From: an uncultured Candidatus Saccharibacteria bacterium | Lineage (GTDB): Bacteria; Patescibacteriota; Minisyncoccia; Phycocordibacterales; JACOZG01 | Assembly: GCA_964648765.1 (NCBI GenBank) | Contig: CAZYLF010000001.1 | Span: 357,797 to 421,796 of the forward strand | Reading direction: 5' to 3' | DNA length: 64,000 nucleotides | Shown: one piece after another, positions 44,446-53,761 of the stretch | How the letters are laid out: every line of letters starts with the position of its first letter | Position numbering within the stretch: position 1 is the first letter of the stretch | Notes under the pieces: model-generated | Databases searched by the model: none | What the model saw: the letters and a program-made list of their open reading frames with translations, nothing else | What the model was told of the DNA's origin: nothing | Program-made: the position numbers and the translations under genes

Positions 44446-46899
44446 ATGTACTTCTTCAGAGAACAATTGCGTGATAGCCGGCTGTATCCAAGTTTGGTGC
44501 TTGAGGGTTTTTTTGCTCATCGCTTTCGTCATCTCATAATTAAGACTCTTAATATTATTTTATTAATAATTGTCGGCTCAATAATTTTCTTTTCCCTTGT
44601 TCCTTCTTTTGCGAGTTTAAATGAGTATGTGCCTTTGGTTAAGGAGTTAATGCCACGACTGGTAGGATTGCTTAGTGTGTTGGTTGCTTTTTGGTTATTG
44701 GTATTTATTTTTGAAGTATTTTTTCGGCATTATTATTTATCAGGCACAGTAAATGAGAAAAAAGATCTGGTCGACTTTACTCTTGGACGATTACTTTACA
44801 GTACTAAACATCACGATCCAGTAATGATTTTTGCAGACAGTCGTTTGGGTAAGCGGATACTTGCCCGAGCGGGTTTTGATATTAGTTTTTTGCCCGACTT
44901 AGCAAAAGTTCGAGAGAGTAACAAAACAAGTATCACCGGCACCGTTCTTCGGGTGGGGCAGTATCTCACATTTGATCAATGGCTCGAGACGGTAATTACG
45001 GATAAAATCTTTTCCCAATTTTTACTCGAGCATGGCGTAAGAGTTGAGGATTTGAAGGGTGCAAGTAGGTGGGTGGAGGATGAGGCATCGCTTAAACGAG
45101 AGAGTGAGCGGTGGTGGAGTTTGGAGAGGTTAAGTGAGGTGCCGGGCCTCGCCAAAGATTGGTCATATGGCGGTTCATATTTACTTAGTCATTATGCTCG
45201 AGATTTAAATCGAGAGGTCGTTAGTGCAGTGAGGCAGGCTGTGAGCACTGTGCGCGATGAGGAGGTTCATACACTTGAAACGGTGCTTGGGCGGACAAGT
45301 GAGGCCAACGCTATTTTGATCGGGCAGACAAATGAAGACAGGTTAAGTGTATTGCTTGATTTTGCTTCCAAGATTAAGGCTGGTCGAGTGGTGCCCGCAC
45401 TTGAACACAAACATCTTTTTCTTTTTGATCCTGAAGCGATTCTTTCCACTAAGGCGGGTAAGGAGCTTGAGAGTGAACTTATAAAAATTTTGAACGAGGC
45501 GGTGAGGGCGGGCAATGTGATTTTGGCTATTGATAATTTTGCGAGTTTTGTGGCCGGAGCAAAAAAAGAAAACGTAAACATTGTTACGCTCTTTGATCCA
45601 TATTTATCATCAAGTAAATTACAGGTTATCGCTTTGTGTACGCCAGCTGAGTTCCATAAAAATATCGAGACTGATCAAGCGCTTTTAAATAGATTTGAAA
45701 AGGTTGAAGTTAACTCACCCGATCGTACTCATTTAAATCAAATTGCCATGCTTACCGCCTCACGACTCGAGCACCGTAGTTACGTTTTCTTTACTTACCC
45801 TGGATTAATGGAGCTTTCGGCGGCGAGTGAGCAATATTTTGCTAATGAACCGGCACTTGATAAGACCATCGATCTCTTAGTTGAGATTGTGTCGTGGGCG
45901 GGGGCAAACAATATTCAAGGCATTACTCGTGATGTGGCACTTAAATTTATTAGCCAAAAAACTAAAATTCCTCTGGGTGAAGCTACAAGTGATGAACGCG
46001 AGAGATTACTAAATGTTGAAAATATTTTGCATGAGCGCGTGGTAGGACAAAATCTAGCTATTGATGCCCTTGGTAAAGCTTTGCGCAGAGCGCGCACTGG
46101 CTTGCGTGATCCTAAGCGACCGATTGGTTCTTTCATTTTCCTCGGACCTACCGGTGTTGGAAAAACTGAAACAGCCAAAGCCCTCGGAAACTTTTTCTTT
46201 AAAGACGATTCCTCAATTCTTCGTTTAGACATGTCGGAGTATCAGGGTGCTGATGCGCTGGCTAAACTTACCGGTTCGTTTAATGATAAGAAACCAGGAA
46301 TTTTAGCCACAATGCTTCGCGAGCGACCTTACGGCGTGCTTTTGCTAGATGAGTTTGAGAAAACAACCTCAGAAGTTCTTAACCTGTTCTTGCAAATTTT
46401 AGATGAAGGATTCTTTTCTGATATGAACGGCGAAAGAGTAAATGCGCGCAATCTATTAATTGTGGCCACCTCAAACGCTGGTTCGGAAATGATTTGGCAA
46501 TTGGTTAAAACTGGTTCGCCGCTTAATAATGCTGAAATAGAGCTGGTAAATCACCTTGTAGAAAAGCAAATCTTTAAACCTGAACTTTTAAATCGCTTTG
46601 ACGGTATCATTATTTTCCATCCGCTTGTAGATGGCGATCTGGTTAAGGTGGCTAAACTCCAACTTGAGCGTTTAGTAAAACGGCTTAAGGATCAAGGCGT
46701 TACTCTCAAAATAGATGATAAGCTTATTGCTAAAGTAGCTGCCTCGGGCGCCAATCAAAATTTCGGTGCAAGGCCTATGGCGCGTTTTATTCAAGATCAT
46801 TTGGAGGAAGCAATTTCAAAAAAACTATTGACTAAAGAAATTGCCAGTGGTTCCACCATAGTTTTTGATGACCAATTAGGGGTAAGTAGTGTAAAATGA
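44446..46899 (+). CDS. membrane-anchored Clp/Hsp100-family AAA+ ATPase with a degenerate D1 and an intact D2 module
   Basis: 817 aa with two N-terminal TM helices. D1-like region lacks Walker A/B (ILIGQTNEDRL, VILAIDNFASFVAG). D2 is intact: [28 protein letters not shown], and sensor RPMARFIQ. No ClpP IGF loop. Confidence 0.7.
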   Translation: MYFFREQLRDSRLYPSLVLEGFFAHRFRHLIIKTLNIILLIIVGSIIFFSLVPSFASLNEYVPLVKELMPRLVGLLSVLVAFWLLVFIFEVFFRHYYLSGTVNEKKDLVDFTLGRLLYSTKHHDPVMIFADSRLGKRILARAGFDISFLPDLAKVRESNKTSITGTVLRVGQYLTFDQWLETVITDKIFSQFLLEHGVRVEDLKGASRWVEDEASLKRESERWWSLERLSEVPGLAKDWSYGGSYLLSHYARDLNREVVSAVRQAVSTVRDEEVHTLETVLGRTSEANAILIGQTNEDRLSVLLDFASKIKAGRVVPALEHKHLFLFDPEAILSTKAGKELESELIKILNEAVRAGNVILAIDNFASFVAGAKKENVNIVTLFDPYLSSSKLQVIALCTPAEFHKNIETDQALLNRFEKVEVNSPDRTHLNQIAMLTASRLEHRSYVFFTYPGLMELSAASEQYFANEPALDKTIDLLVEIVSWAGANNIQGITRDVALKFISQKTKIPLGEATSDERERLLNVENILHERVVGQNLAIDALGKALRRARTGLRDPKRPIGSFIFLGPTGVGKTETAKALGNFFFKDDSSILRLDMSEYQGADALAKLTGSFNDKKPGILATMLRERPYGVLLLDEFEKTTSEVLNLFLQILDEGFFSDMNGERVNARNLLIVATSNAGSEMIWQLVKTGSPLNNAEIELVNHLVEKQIFKPELLNRFDGIIIFHPLVDGDLVKVAKLQLERLVKRLKDQGVTLKIDDKLIAKVAASGANQNFGARPMARFIQDHLEEAISKKLLTKEIASGSTIVFDDQLGVSSVK

Positions 46900-46905
46900 C
46901 GATTC

Positions 46906-49185
46906 ATGTCTTTTAATTTCCGAAAAACTTTTAATTATACTGTCCACGTTTTATTAGCTGGCGCTTTCGGAGCCGCCTTTTTGTTTTTGGTAGGTAATGG
47001 TTTTGAGTCGGCGTATCATTTTGTGACCAACACCCCAAACGAGGTTGAAAAGTTCACCGAGCTTGCCGCCGCGGTAACCCAACCACCAAAAGTAATCGCC
47101 AAAAAAATTGAAGAAGAAGTCGCGCCAGTTTCAACTGAAAAATCAATCAGAGTTGATCTCAAAACAATGACTCTAGGACTTTACGTAGGTGAGAAAGTTA
47201 TAGATACAATGCCTGTGCTCTCAAAAGGTCGTCCGGGTTCAGCTTGGGAAACGCCAACCGGTAGTTATGAGGTTGAAACAATGGAGTTAAATCACTTTTC
47301 TTCAATCGGGCGGGTGTGGATGCCATATAGCATGCAATTTTTTGGGAATTTTTTCATCCATGGTTGGCCGTACTATGAAGGAGGCGAGCCGGTAAGTGAG
47401 GGTTATTCTGGTGGTTGTATTCGGCTATCAACTTTAGACGCTAAAAGAGTTTTTGAGTTTAGTAAGAAAAGTACACCAGTAATTGTAATTAACGGAGAAG
47501 AAGTATTAAGTAGTCAGACCTCAAAACTTGCCTACTTAACAAAGCCAAACAGTGCTTTGCCACCTTTAAGTGCCTCAGCTTATCTTGTGGCCGATATTGA
47601 AACAGGAAAGGTAATTCTTGAGAAAGAAAAAAATACCGAGCTCCCTATTGCTTCAATCACAAAACTCATGACCGCGCTCGTGTCGCTTGAAACAATAAAC
47701 CAAGAGCGGCAGGTGACGGTTTCTGCTAACGCTTTGGCAACTTATGGTGAGGCTGGCGGTCTAAGTTTGGGAGAAAAAATCAGAATGCAGGATTTGATCT
47801 TCCCACTTTTGCTCGAGTCAAGCAATGATGCATCAGAAGTAATTGCTGAAGCAGCCGGGCGACACAACTTTATTAATCACATGAATGAGCGCGCCAAAGC
47901 AATTGGTTTGTCTAAAACAAAATTTGCTGATCCAAGTGGAATCTCACCAGGGAACGTTTCCACCCCTACAGACATTTTAAAGCTCACATCGTATTTATTT
48001 AAAGACAAGAGTTATCTTTTTCAAATTTTAAGAAAGAAGACGGCCACTGCACCAGGACATTCGTGGGTAAACTTTTTAACTTTTGTGAATGATGAGCGTT
48101 ATTTGGGAGGTAAAAGTGGGCACACCACTGCCGCTCGCGATACTTTGGTGACCGTGTTTTCATTACCGCTCGCAGAATTTGAGAGCCGGCCAATTGCCAT
48201 AATTATACTTGGTAGTGAGAATCGTGAAGCCGACACTGCTAAGATCCTTAACTATTTAACCGGAAATATTTATTATGGTGAGGCTTTACCCAAACCACTT
48301 AGTACTCGTGTGGGGGATGCAGAAGGGGAGGAATCAATTACTTTAAGTTTTGTGGGTGACATTATGCTTGATCGAGGCGTGGCAAGTGTTTTAACCAAAA
48401 AGCATGAAGGGGATTTTAAGAAGATTTTTGAGGGCGTACCTATACTCCGCAGCGCTGATATCTTGTTTGGTAATTTAGAAGGCCCACTCTCCGATCAGGG
48501 TAAAGAGATTGGCAATCTTTACTCATTTAGAATGTCTCCAAATGCACTCCCCGCACTAACTCAGGCGGGGTTTGATGTTTTATCTGTGGCAAATAACCAC
48601 GCCGGTGATTGGGGCAAAGAGGCCATGGTGGACACTTTAAAAAAGTTAGAGGATTACCAAATTACTCCGGTGGGTGGTGGTGATAATATTGCTGAAGCTA
48701 GCGCACTTAAAATTATTGAAAGAGATGGAATTAAGGTCGGTTATTTGGCGGCAAGTGATGTGGGTCCAAATTGGCTAAAAGCCACGGAGGTTAGTGCTGG
48801 CATAATGATTGCTGATGAAGTCTTTTTTGAGTCTATCGCTAAAGCTAAAGGTAAGGTGGATGTGATCGTTGCGTCGTTTCATTTTGGTGATGAATATCAA
48901 ACAAAATCAAACACTCGCCAACAAACTTTAGCTAGGCGGGCCGTTGATGCTGGTGCAAATTTAGTAATTGGTCATCATCCGCACGTGAGGCAAGAAATTG
49001 AAAAGTATCGGAATGGTTTAATTGCCTACAGCTTAGGGAATTTTGTGTTTGATCAATATTTTTCAGAAGAAACAATGACGGGCATGGCGCTTGAAGTGGC
49101 AGTAAACAAGCAAGGTAAAATTTTGGATTTTAAGGAACATGTGGTAAAAATTGATAGTGATTATCATCCAAGTATCTCAAGCTAG
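46906..49185 (+). CDS. three-domain cell-wall enzyme: L,D-transpeptidase (YkuD) + D-Ala-D-Ala carboxypeptidase (S11) + CapA/PgsA-like metallophosphatase
   Basis: TM anchor. YkuD catalytic HGW...SGGCIRLS. S11 SxxK (ASITKLMT) and SNDAS. CapA-like SFVGDIMLDRG, GNLEGP, VANNHAGDWG, HHPHV. Confidence 0.65.
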   Translation: MSFNFRKTFNYTVHVLLAGAFGAAFLFLVGNGFESAYHFVTNTPNEVEKFTELAAAVTQPPKVIAKKIEEEVAPVSTEKSIRVDLKTMTLGLYVGEKVIDTMPVLSKGRPGSAWETPTGSYEVETMELNHFSSIGRVWMPYSMQFFGNFFIHGWPYYEGGEPVSEGYSGGCIRLSTLDAKRVFEFSKKSTPVIVINGEEVLSSQTSKLAYLTKPNSALPPLSASAYLVADIETGKVILEKEKNTELPIASITKLMTALVSLETINQERQVTVSANALATYGEAGGLSLGEKIRMQDLIFPLLLESSNDASEVIAEAAGRHNFINHMNERAKAIGLSKTKFADPSGISPGNVSTPTDILKLTSYLFKDKSYLFQILRKKTATAPGHSWVNFLTFVNDERYLGGKSGHTTAARDTLVTVFSLPLAEFESRPIAIIILGSENREADTAKILNYLTGNIYYGEALPKPLSTRVGDAEGEESITLSFVGDIMLDRGVASVLTKKHEGDFKKIFEGVPILRSADILFGNLEGPLSDQGKEIGNLYSFRMSPNALPALTQAGFDVLSVANNHAGDWGKEAMVDTLKKLEDYQITPVGGGDNIAEASALKIIERDGIKVGYLAASDVGPNWLKATEVSAGIMIADEVFFESIAKAKGKVDVIVASFHFGDEYQTKSNTRQQTLARRAVDAGANLVIGHHPHVRQEIEKYRNGLIAYSLGNFVFDQYFSEETMTGMALEVAVNKQGKILDFKEHVVKIDSDYHPSISS

Positions 49186-49191
49186 ATTATA

Positions 49192-50388
49192 ATGAAGAAG
49201 TTTTTTTATATTGCATTGGTGGGGATGACGGCGTTTATTTTTTGGCTTTGGCCAGATGGACAAGGTAACTACCCTGTTCCTTTTATAACTTACTTGGGCC
49301 AAGTGTTTGAGGAAACGATTACGCCTGAAGATCTTAAGGATGCCTACAACGAAAATAAGCTTAAAATCCTTTTGGTCCCTGGCCACGATAATGAGTATTC
49401 AGGTACTGAGTTTCAGGGTTTGAAGGAGGCTGATGTAAACTTGGAATTGACCGAGTGGCTTTATAATTATCTAAACAATGATCCTCGGTTTGAGGTGATG
49501 GTGACACGGGATTTTGAAACAGGTAATTACTTGCCGGAATTTTTGAATTATTTTACTGATAACCGAGAAGACATTATTTCATTTAGATTAAAAACTAGAG
49601 AAAGATTTTTGAACCTTGTGAAGTCAGGGGATATTAAAGAACATATTGGGGTAACCCATAATTTTGCCAAAAATGAAGTCTCGATTAGGCTTTATGGAAT
49701 TAATAAATGGGCGAATGAAAATGATATTGATTTAGCTTTTCATATTCATGTTAATGACTATCCGGGGAGAGGTTACAATCGCGCTGGCAAACACACAGGT
49801 TTTTCAATTTATATTCCTGAATCACAATACCCTAATGCTCGGGCGAGTAAGCAGTTGGCTGAAAGTTTAGCGCTTGAAATAAAAAATTTACAATCACCTA
49901 GCACACTTGCGATTGAAAGTGACGTGGTAATTGAGGATCAAGAATTAATTGCACTTGGCTCACAAGGCTCGCGTGATGGGGCGGCAGTTTTAGTTGAGTA
50001 TGGGTATATTTATGAGCCACAATTTATTAACCCACAAATCAGGACGAAAATGTTGCCTGAACTTGCCTGGCAAACTTATCTCGGAATGAAGAATTATTTT
50101 GCGGATCGAGGTGATTTGCCAGCTACCGTTCTTTTGCCCCACGTTTTCCGTGCACCACTATATGAAGGTTTGAAGGGGAGTGCTGATGCTTTAGCTTTAC
50201 AGAGATTTTTGCAACTCAAAGGATTTTACCCGCCAACGGGTCAAACGTTAGATGATTGCCCTGTAAACGGAAACTTTGGACCGTGTGTTAAAAGGGCAGT
50301 GACTAATTTCCAAACAGCCAATGGTTTACCTGCAACTGGGTCAGTGGGTGAACTCACCTTGACTAAAATAAATAACACGGCAATCTAG
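49192..50388 (+). CDS. N-acetylmuramoyl-L-alanine amidase (Amidase_3 type) with a C-terminal peptidoglycan-binding domain
   Basis: KILLVPGHDNEYSGTEFQGLKEADVNLELT is the Amidase_3 zinc site. C-terminal LALQRFLQLKGFYPPTGQTLDDCPVNGNFGPCVKRAVTNFQTANGLPATG is PG_binding_1-like. Confidence 0.7.
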   Translation: MKKFFYIALVGMTAFIFWLWPDGQGNYPVPFITYLGQVFEETITPEDLKDAYNENKLKILLVPGHDNEYSGTEFQGLKEADVNLELTEWLYNYLNNDPRFEVMVTRDFETGNYLPEFLNYFTDNREDIISFRLKTRERFLNLVKSGDIKEHIGVTHNFAKNEVSIRLYGINKWANENDIDLAFHIHVNDYPGRGYNRAGKHTGFSIYIPESQYPNARASKQLAESLALEIKNLQSPSTLAIESDVVIEDQELIALGSQGSRDGAAVLVEYGYIYEPQFINPQIRTKMLPELAWQTYLGMKNYFADRGDLPATVLLPHVFRAPLYEGLKGSADALALQRFLQLKGFYPPTGQTLDDCPVNGNFGPCVKRAVTNFQTANGLPATGSVGELTLTKINNTAI

Positions 50389-50392
50389 GGAG

Positions 50393-51379
50393 ATGAGTGG
50401 AAACTTTTGGGAAAAATTACCTAAGCCAATAATGGCGCTGGCACCGATGGCGAATGTCACCGACGTGGCCTTTCGACGTATCATCGCGAAGTATGGTAAG
50501 CCTCAAATAATGTGGACGGAGTTTGTCGCGGCTGATGGTTTGATGAGTAGGGGACGGGAAATTTTACTACACGATTTAAAATATTCTGAAAGTGAGCGGC
50601 CAATTGTGGCGCAACTTTTTGGTTCAAATTTAGAAAAGATGGAAGGTGCTGCCAAACTGGTGGCTGAGCTCGGCTTCGACGGCTTAGATATTAATATGGG
50701 TTGTCCGGATAAAACAATTGAGAAGCAATTGGCTGGCGCGGCCATGATTAAGAATCCGCAATTGGCGAGAGAGATTATTAGAGCAGCCAAAAGGGGAGTG
50801 AAAGCCGCGGGGCGCGAGATTCCGATCTCGGTGAAAACCAGATTGGGTTATAATAAAGATGAATTGGAAACTTGGTTGCCGGAACTTTTAGCTGAAGGTT
50901 TGGCCGCTCTCACCATCCACGCGCGGACACGTAAAGAGATGAGTAAAGTGCCGGCACGCTGGGAGCGAGTAAAGCGCGCGGTGGAAATTAGAGATGAATT
51001 AAAATCTAAAACTTTAATATTGGGTAATGGCGATGTAATAGATCTCACTGATGCAAGAAAAAAAGTAGCAGAAACCGGCTGCGACGGCGTGATGCTTGGC
51101 AGAGCGATATTTGGTAATCCATGGTTATTTTCAGCAGAAAATAATTCCGAGCGTAGTCGAGGAACTGAAGAAAAACTAAAAGTCATGCTTGAGCACACTA
51201 AACTCTTTGAAGAATTATTAGGTGGCGTAAAAAGCTTCGCGATTATGAAGAAGCATTACAAGGCGTATGTGAATGGCTTCCCCGGCGCTACCGAACTCCG
51301 CGCCAAATTGATGGAAACTAACAACTATAACGAAGTCACAGCCCTAGTTGACAGATTTCTGAAAGGTGATATAATCTGA
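50393..51379 (+). CDS. dus: tRNA-dihydrouridine synthase
   Basis: 328 aa TIM-barrel flavoenzyme: ALAPMANVTDVAFRRI, LDINMGCPDK (catalytic Cys), HARTRKEMS. Confidence 0.85.
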   Translation: MSGNFWEKLPKPIMALAPMANVTDVAFRRIIAKYGKPQIMWTEFVAADGLMSRGREILLHDLKYSESERPIVAQLFGSNLEKMEGAAKLVAELGFDGLDINMGCPDKTIEKQLAGAAMIKNPQLAREIIRAAKRGVKAAGREIPISVKTRLGYNKDELETWLPELLAEGLAALTIHARTRKEMSKVPARWERVKRAVEIRDELKSKTLILGNGDVIDLTDARKKVAETGCDGVMLGRAIFGNPWLFSAENNSERSRGTEEKLKVMLEHTKLFEELLGGVKSFAIMKKHYKAYVNGFPGATELRAKLMETNNYNEVTALVDRFLKGDII

Positions 51380-51424
51380 AAAGTTATACGGAAACAGAAA
51401 GACCTTTAATTGAAAGGAAAATGA

Positions 51425-52393
51425 ATGTCTAACATCCGACGGTATGGACCATTTTCGGTGATTGCGTTACCAAGATTAAGTATGGATTGGGACGCATTTC
51501 TAAAGTCTGCGCCCAATCGCTCAATTGCACTCGATGGTGTGGTTAAGGGAGGGCCAAACTTTAACGAGCAGACCGCTCACATCAACTTCGATCACCACGA
51601 CAACGTGGTGAGGGAAGCGACTATGAGCACGGCAATGCAGGTTTTCTATGCCATCAAGGGTGGACTTATGCACTCGATGATTGGCTCTGATGGAAAAGTG
51701 TCAGCCATGATTCACATCAACGACACTGACCAAGACACTACTCTCGCTGTCTGGTATCTCCTCAACCACAAAAAGTTTGAGGGTACCCAGAGCATCCCAA
51801 CGATGAGTCGTCTTTTGGCGCTTACCGATCGTTTGGATATCACGGGTGGAGCATTCCCGATGAATCTTGAGGATTCACTGATCCGTAAACACTCTTGGGT
51901 CTTCAGGCCTTACACTGACTTGCGTAAGTCTGGTGAGTTGGCTCGAGCCTCAGCGGAGATGTTGCTCGACAATCTCGAGGCAATGCTCCATCGACTTGAT
52001 CAATTTGTAATGAATCAGGCCGAAGAAGTGGAGCTCGATATCCGCCATGAGGTGTACTATGACTCACCGGTCTACATGATTTACAACGAGATCGGTGGAA
52101 ACGAGGCGCGTTACCATCTCTTAAGTAAGGGAATGGATGCGTACATCTGCGAGGTGGCTACGCGACCAGATGGACGCAAGGTTTACACGGTTGGTCGTCG
52201 CTCGCGCTACATTCGTTTCCCCGTGCCAAAGCTTTACGCCGCGTTCAACGCTGTTGAGGGTTTTGCGCCAGGAGAAGGTTGGAATGGATCTGACATCATC
52301 GGCGGTGCTCCGCGGGCGAAGGGTAGCGGATTGTCTTGGGAGCAGATCCGCGACATTACGAACGAAGTTCTGAAAGGAGAAGGTGTACTATGA
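51425..52393 (+). CDS. hypothetical soluble protein (GC3-rich), first gene of an inserted two-gene cassette
   Basis: 322 aa with an Asp/His-rich N-terminal half (ALDGVVKGGPN, HINFDHHDNV, MIHINDTDQD), suggestive of a metal-binding phosphoesterase-like site but not assignable. SD GAAAGGAAAATGAATG. Confidence 0.45.
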   Translation: MSNIRRYGPFSVIALPRLSMDWDAFLKSAPNRSIALDGVVKGGPNFNEQTAHINFDHHDNVVREATMSTAMQVFYAIKGGLMHSMIGSDGKVSAMIHINDTDQDTTLAVWYLLNHKKFEGTQSIPTMSRLLALTDRLDITGGAFPMNLEDSLIRKHSWVFRPYTDLRKSGELARASAEMLLDNLEAMLHRLDQFVMNQAEEVELDIRHEVYYDSPVYMIYNEIGGNEARYHLLSKGMDAYICEVATRPDGRKVYTVGRRSRYIRFPVPKLYAAFNAVEGFAPGEGWNGSDIIGGAPRAKGSGLSWEQIRDITNEVLKGEGVL

Positions 52394-52650
52394 GAAGTAT
52401 TCCTGTATCGTTCCAACACAAAGGTGACGGGGCAGTCCATGTTTCGGTTCTTGGGAAAAGTGCCAGACCACTTGTGTCTGAGCACACTTGCGGACATGTG
52501 AGTTTTACTGGATACTCACTCCAGTTATCATGCCCCGGGTGCATGAGCACCAGGGGGCAGTCGTTCCGTCGTCTGGCAACGGATGCCGAGCTTGTGAGTG
52601 CTGGGCATGAAGTCGCCAAGTTCTTTCCAGTATTGCCAGTTAGTCCGTGA
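52390..52650 (+). CDS. hypothetical small Cys-containing protein, translationally coupled (ATGA) to the upstream gene
   Basis: Start is the internal ATG at 52390, read as MRSIPVSFQHKGDG, with SD GGAGAAGGTG. 86 aa. Contains HTCGH and CPGC. Confidence 0.4.
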   Translation: MRSIPVSFQHKGDGAVHVSVLGKSARPLVSEHTCGHVSFTGYSLQLSCPGCMSTRGQSFRRLATDAELVSAGHEVAKFFPVLPVSP

Positions 52651-52668
52651 ACCCCACAGACGTTGGCC

Positions 52669-52704
52669 GGGTCGTCGCAACGTGCGACGACCCGCTTTTT
52701 TTTA
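52669..52704 (+). terminator. strong rho-independent terminator (gggtcgtcgca ACG tgcgacgaccc plus T9) ending the cassette
   Basis: 11-bp GC stem followed by nine T. The -10 TATATAAT of dnaX follows directly. Confidence 0.8.
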
Positions 52705-52716
52705 TATAATCAAGTA

Positions 52717-53760
52717 ATGGGAGAAACTATTGCTTTATATCGTAAATACCGTCCGCGGAAGTTTAGCGAGGTAATCGGTCAAGATCATATCGTGGAGGCG
52801 TTAAGTCAGGCCACTAAAGGTGCTGGCTTAGCCCATGCTTATTTATTTATCGGTTCGCGCGGTACGGGTAAAACAAGTCTCGCCCGGATTTTATCTCGTG
52901 AGCTCGGCACCAATCCTGAAGATCTTTATGAAATTGATGGCGCTTCAAATCGTGGCATCGACGAGATCCGCGAACTCCGTGACGCGGCGCAAACTTTACC
53001 ATTTACTTCAGAAAAAAAAGTTTACATTATTGATGAGGTGCACATGCTTACCAAGGAGGCCTTCAACGCGCTTCTTAAAACTCTTGAGGAACCACCATCA
53101 CATGTGATTTTTATTCTTGCTACTACTGAGGGTCATAAAGTTCCGGAGACAATTATTTCGCGTTGCCAAACTTTTAATTTTAAAAAGCCAAGTATCAATG
53201 ATTTAGTAAAAGCAATTTTACGGATTGCTAAAGCGGAGAGTTGGAAGGTGGAGGCCGATGCGGCAGAGCTTTTAGCTATGCTTGGTGACGGCTCGTATCG
53301 TGACGCGGTGGGTATGCTCCAAAAAGTTACCACCGCACTCGTAGATAAAAAGCTAACAGCTGAAGAGGTAGCGCGACTCACTGGCGCACCAGGACTCCAC
53401 TTAGCTCGAGGTTTGGTGAGCGCTTTGGCCGACAATAGTCTGGAGTCAGCGCTTAAGATAATTAGTGAAGTAGCAGATAATAATTATGATGCTAAAGTAT
53501 TTTTAAAAATGGTTTTACGCTTAGTGCGTTTAATAATGATTATTAACTTAGCACCAAAGCTCGCCCCAAACTTTTTGAAGGGATTAAGTGATGATGAGGT
53601 TAAATTTTTAAAGGAGACGGCACTCAAACCCGCTTCTGCTGCCTTCTCTAAAACTCTGCGGGAACTTTTGGTAGCTTATGATGATCTGGGTCGCTCATAT
53701 TTACCCACCGCACCACTCGAGCTTGCAATCATCAAACTTTTAGGCGAGTCTAAGGCATAA
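52717..53760 (+). CDS. dnaX: DNA polymerase III subunit gamma/tau (short form)
   Basis: Start at the internal ATG 52717 (MGETIALYRKYRPRKFSEVIGQDHI). P-loop GSRGTGKTS. DEVHMLT box. Sensor SRCQTF. Only about 347 aa. Confidence 0.85.
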   Translation: MGETIALYRKYRPRKFSEVIGQDHIVEALSQATKGAGLAHAYLFIGSRGTGKTSLARILSRELGTNPEDLYEIDGASNRGIDEIRELRDAAQTLPFTSEKKVYIIDEVHMLTKEAFNALLKTLEEPPSHVIFILATTEGHKVPETIISRCQTFNFKKPSINDLVKAILRIAKAESWKVEADAAELLAMLGDGSYRDAVGMLQKVTTALVDKKLTAEEVARLTGAPGLHLARGLVSALADNSLESALKIISEVADNNYDAKVFLKMVLRLVRLIMIINLAPKLAPNFLKGLSDDEVKFLKETALKPASAAFSKTLRELLVAYDDLGRSYLPTAPLELAIIKLLGESKA

Positions 53761-53761
53761 G

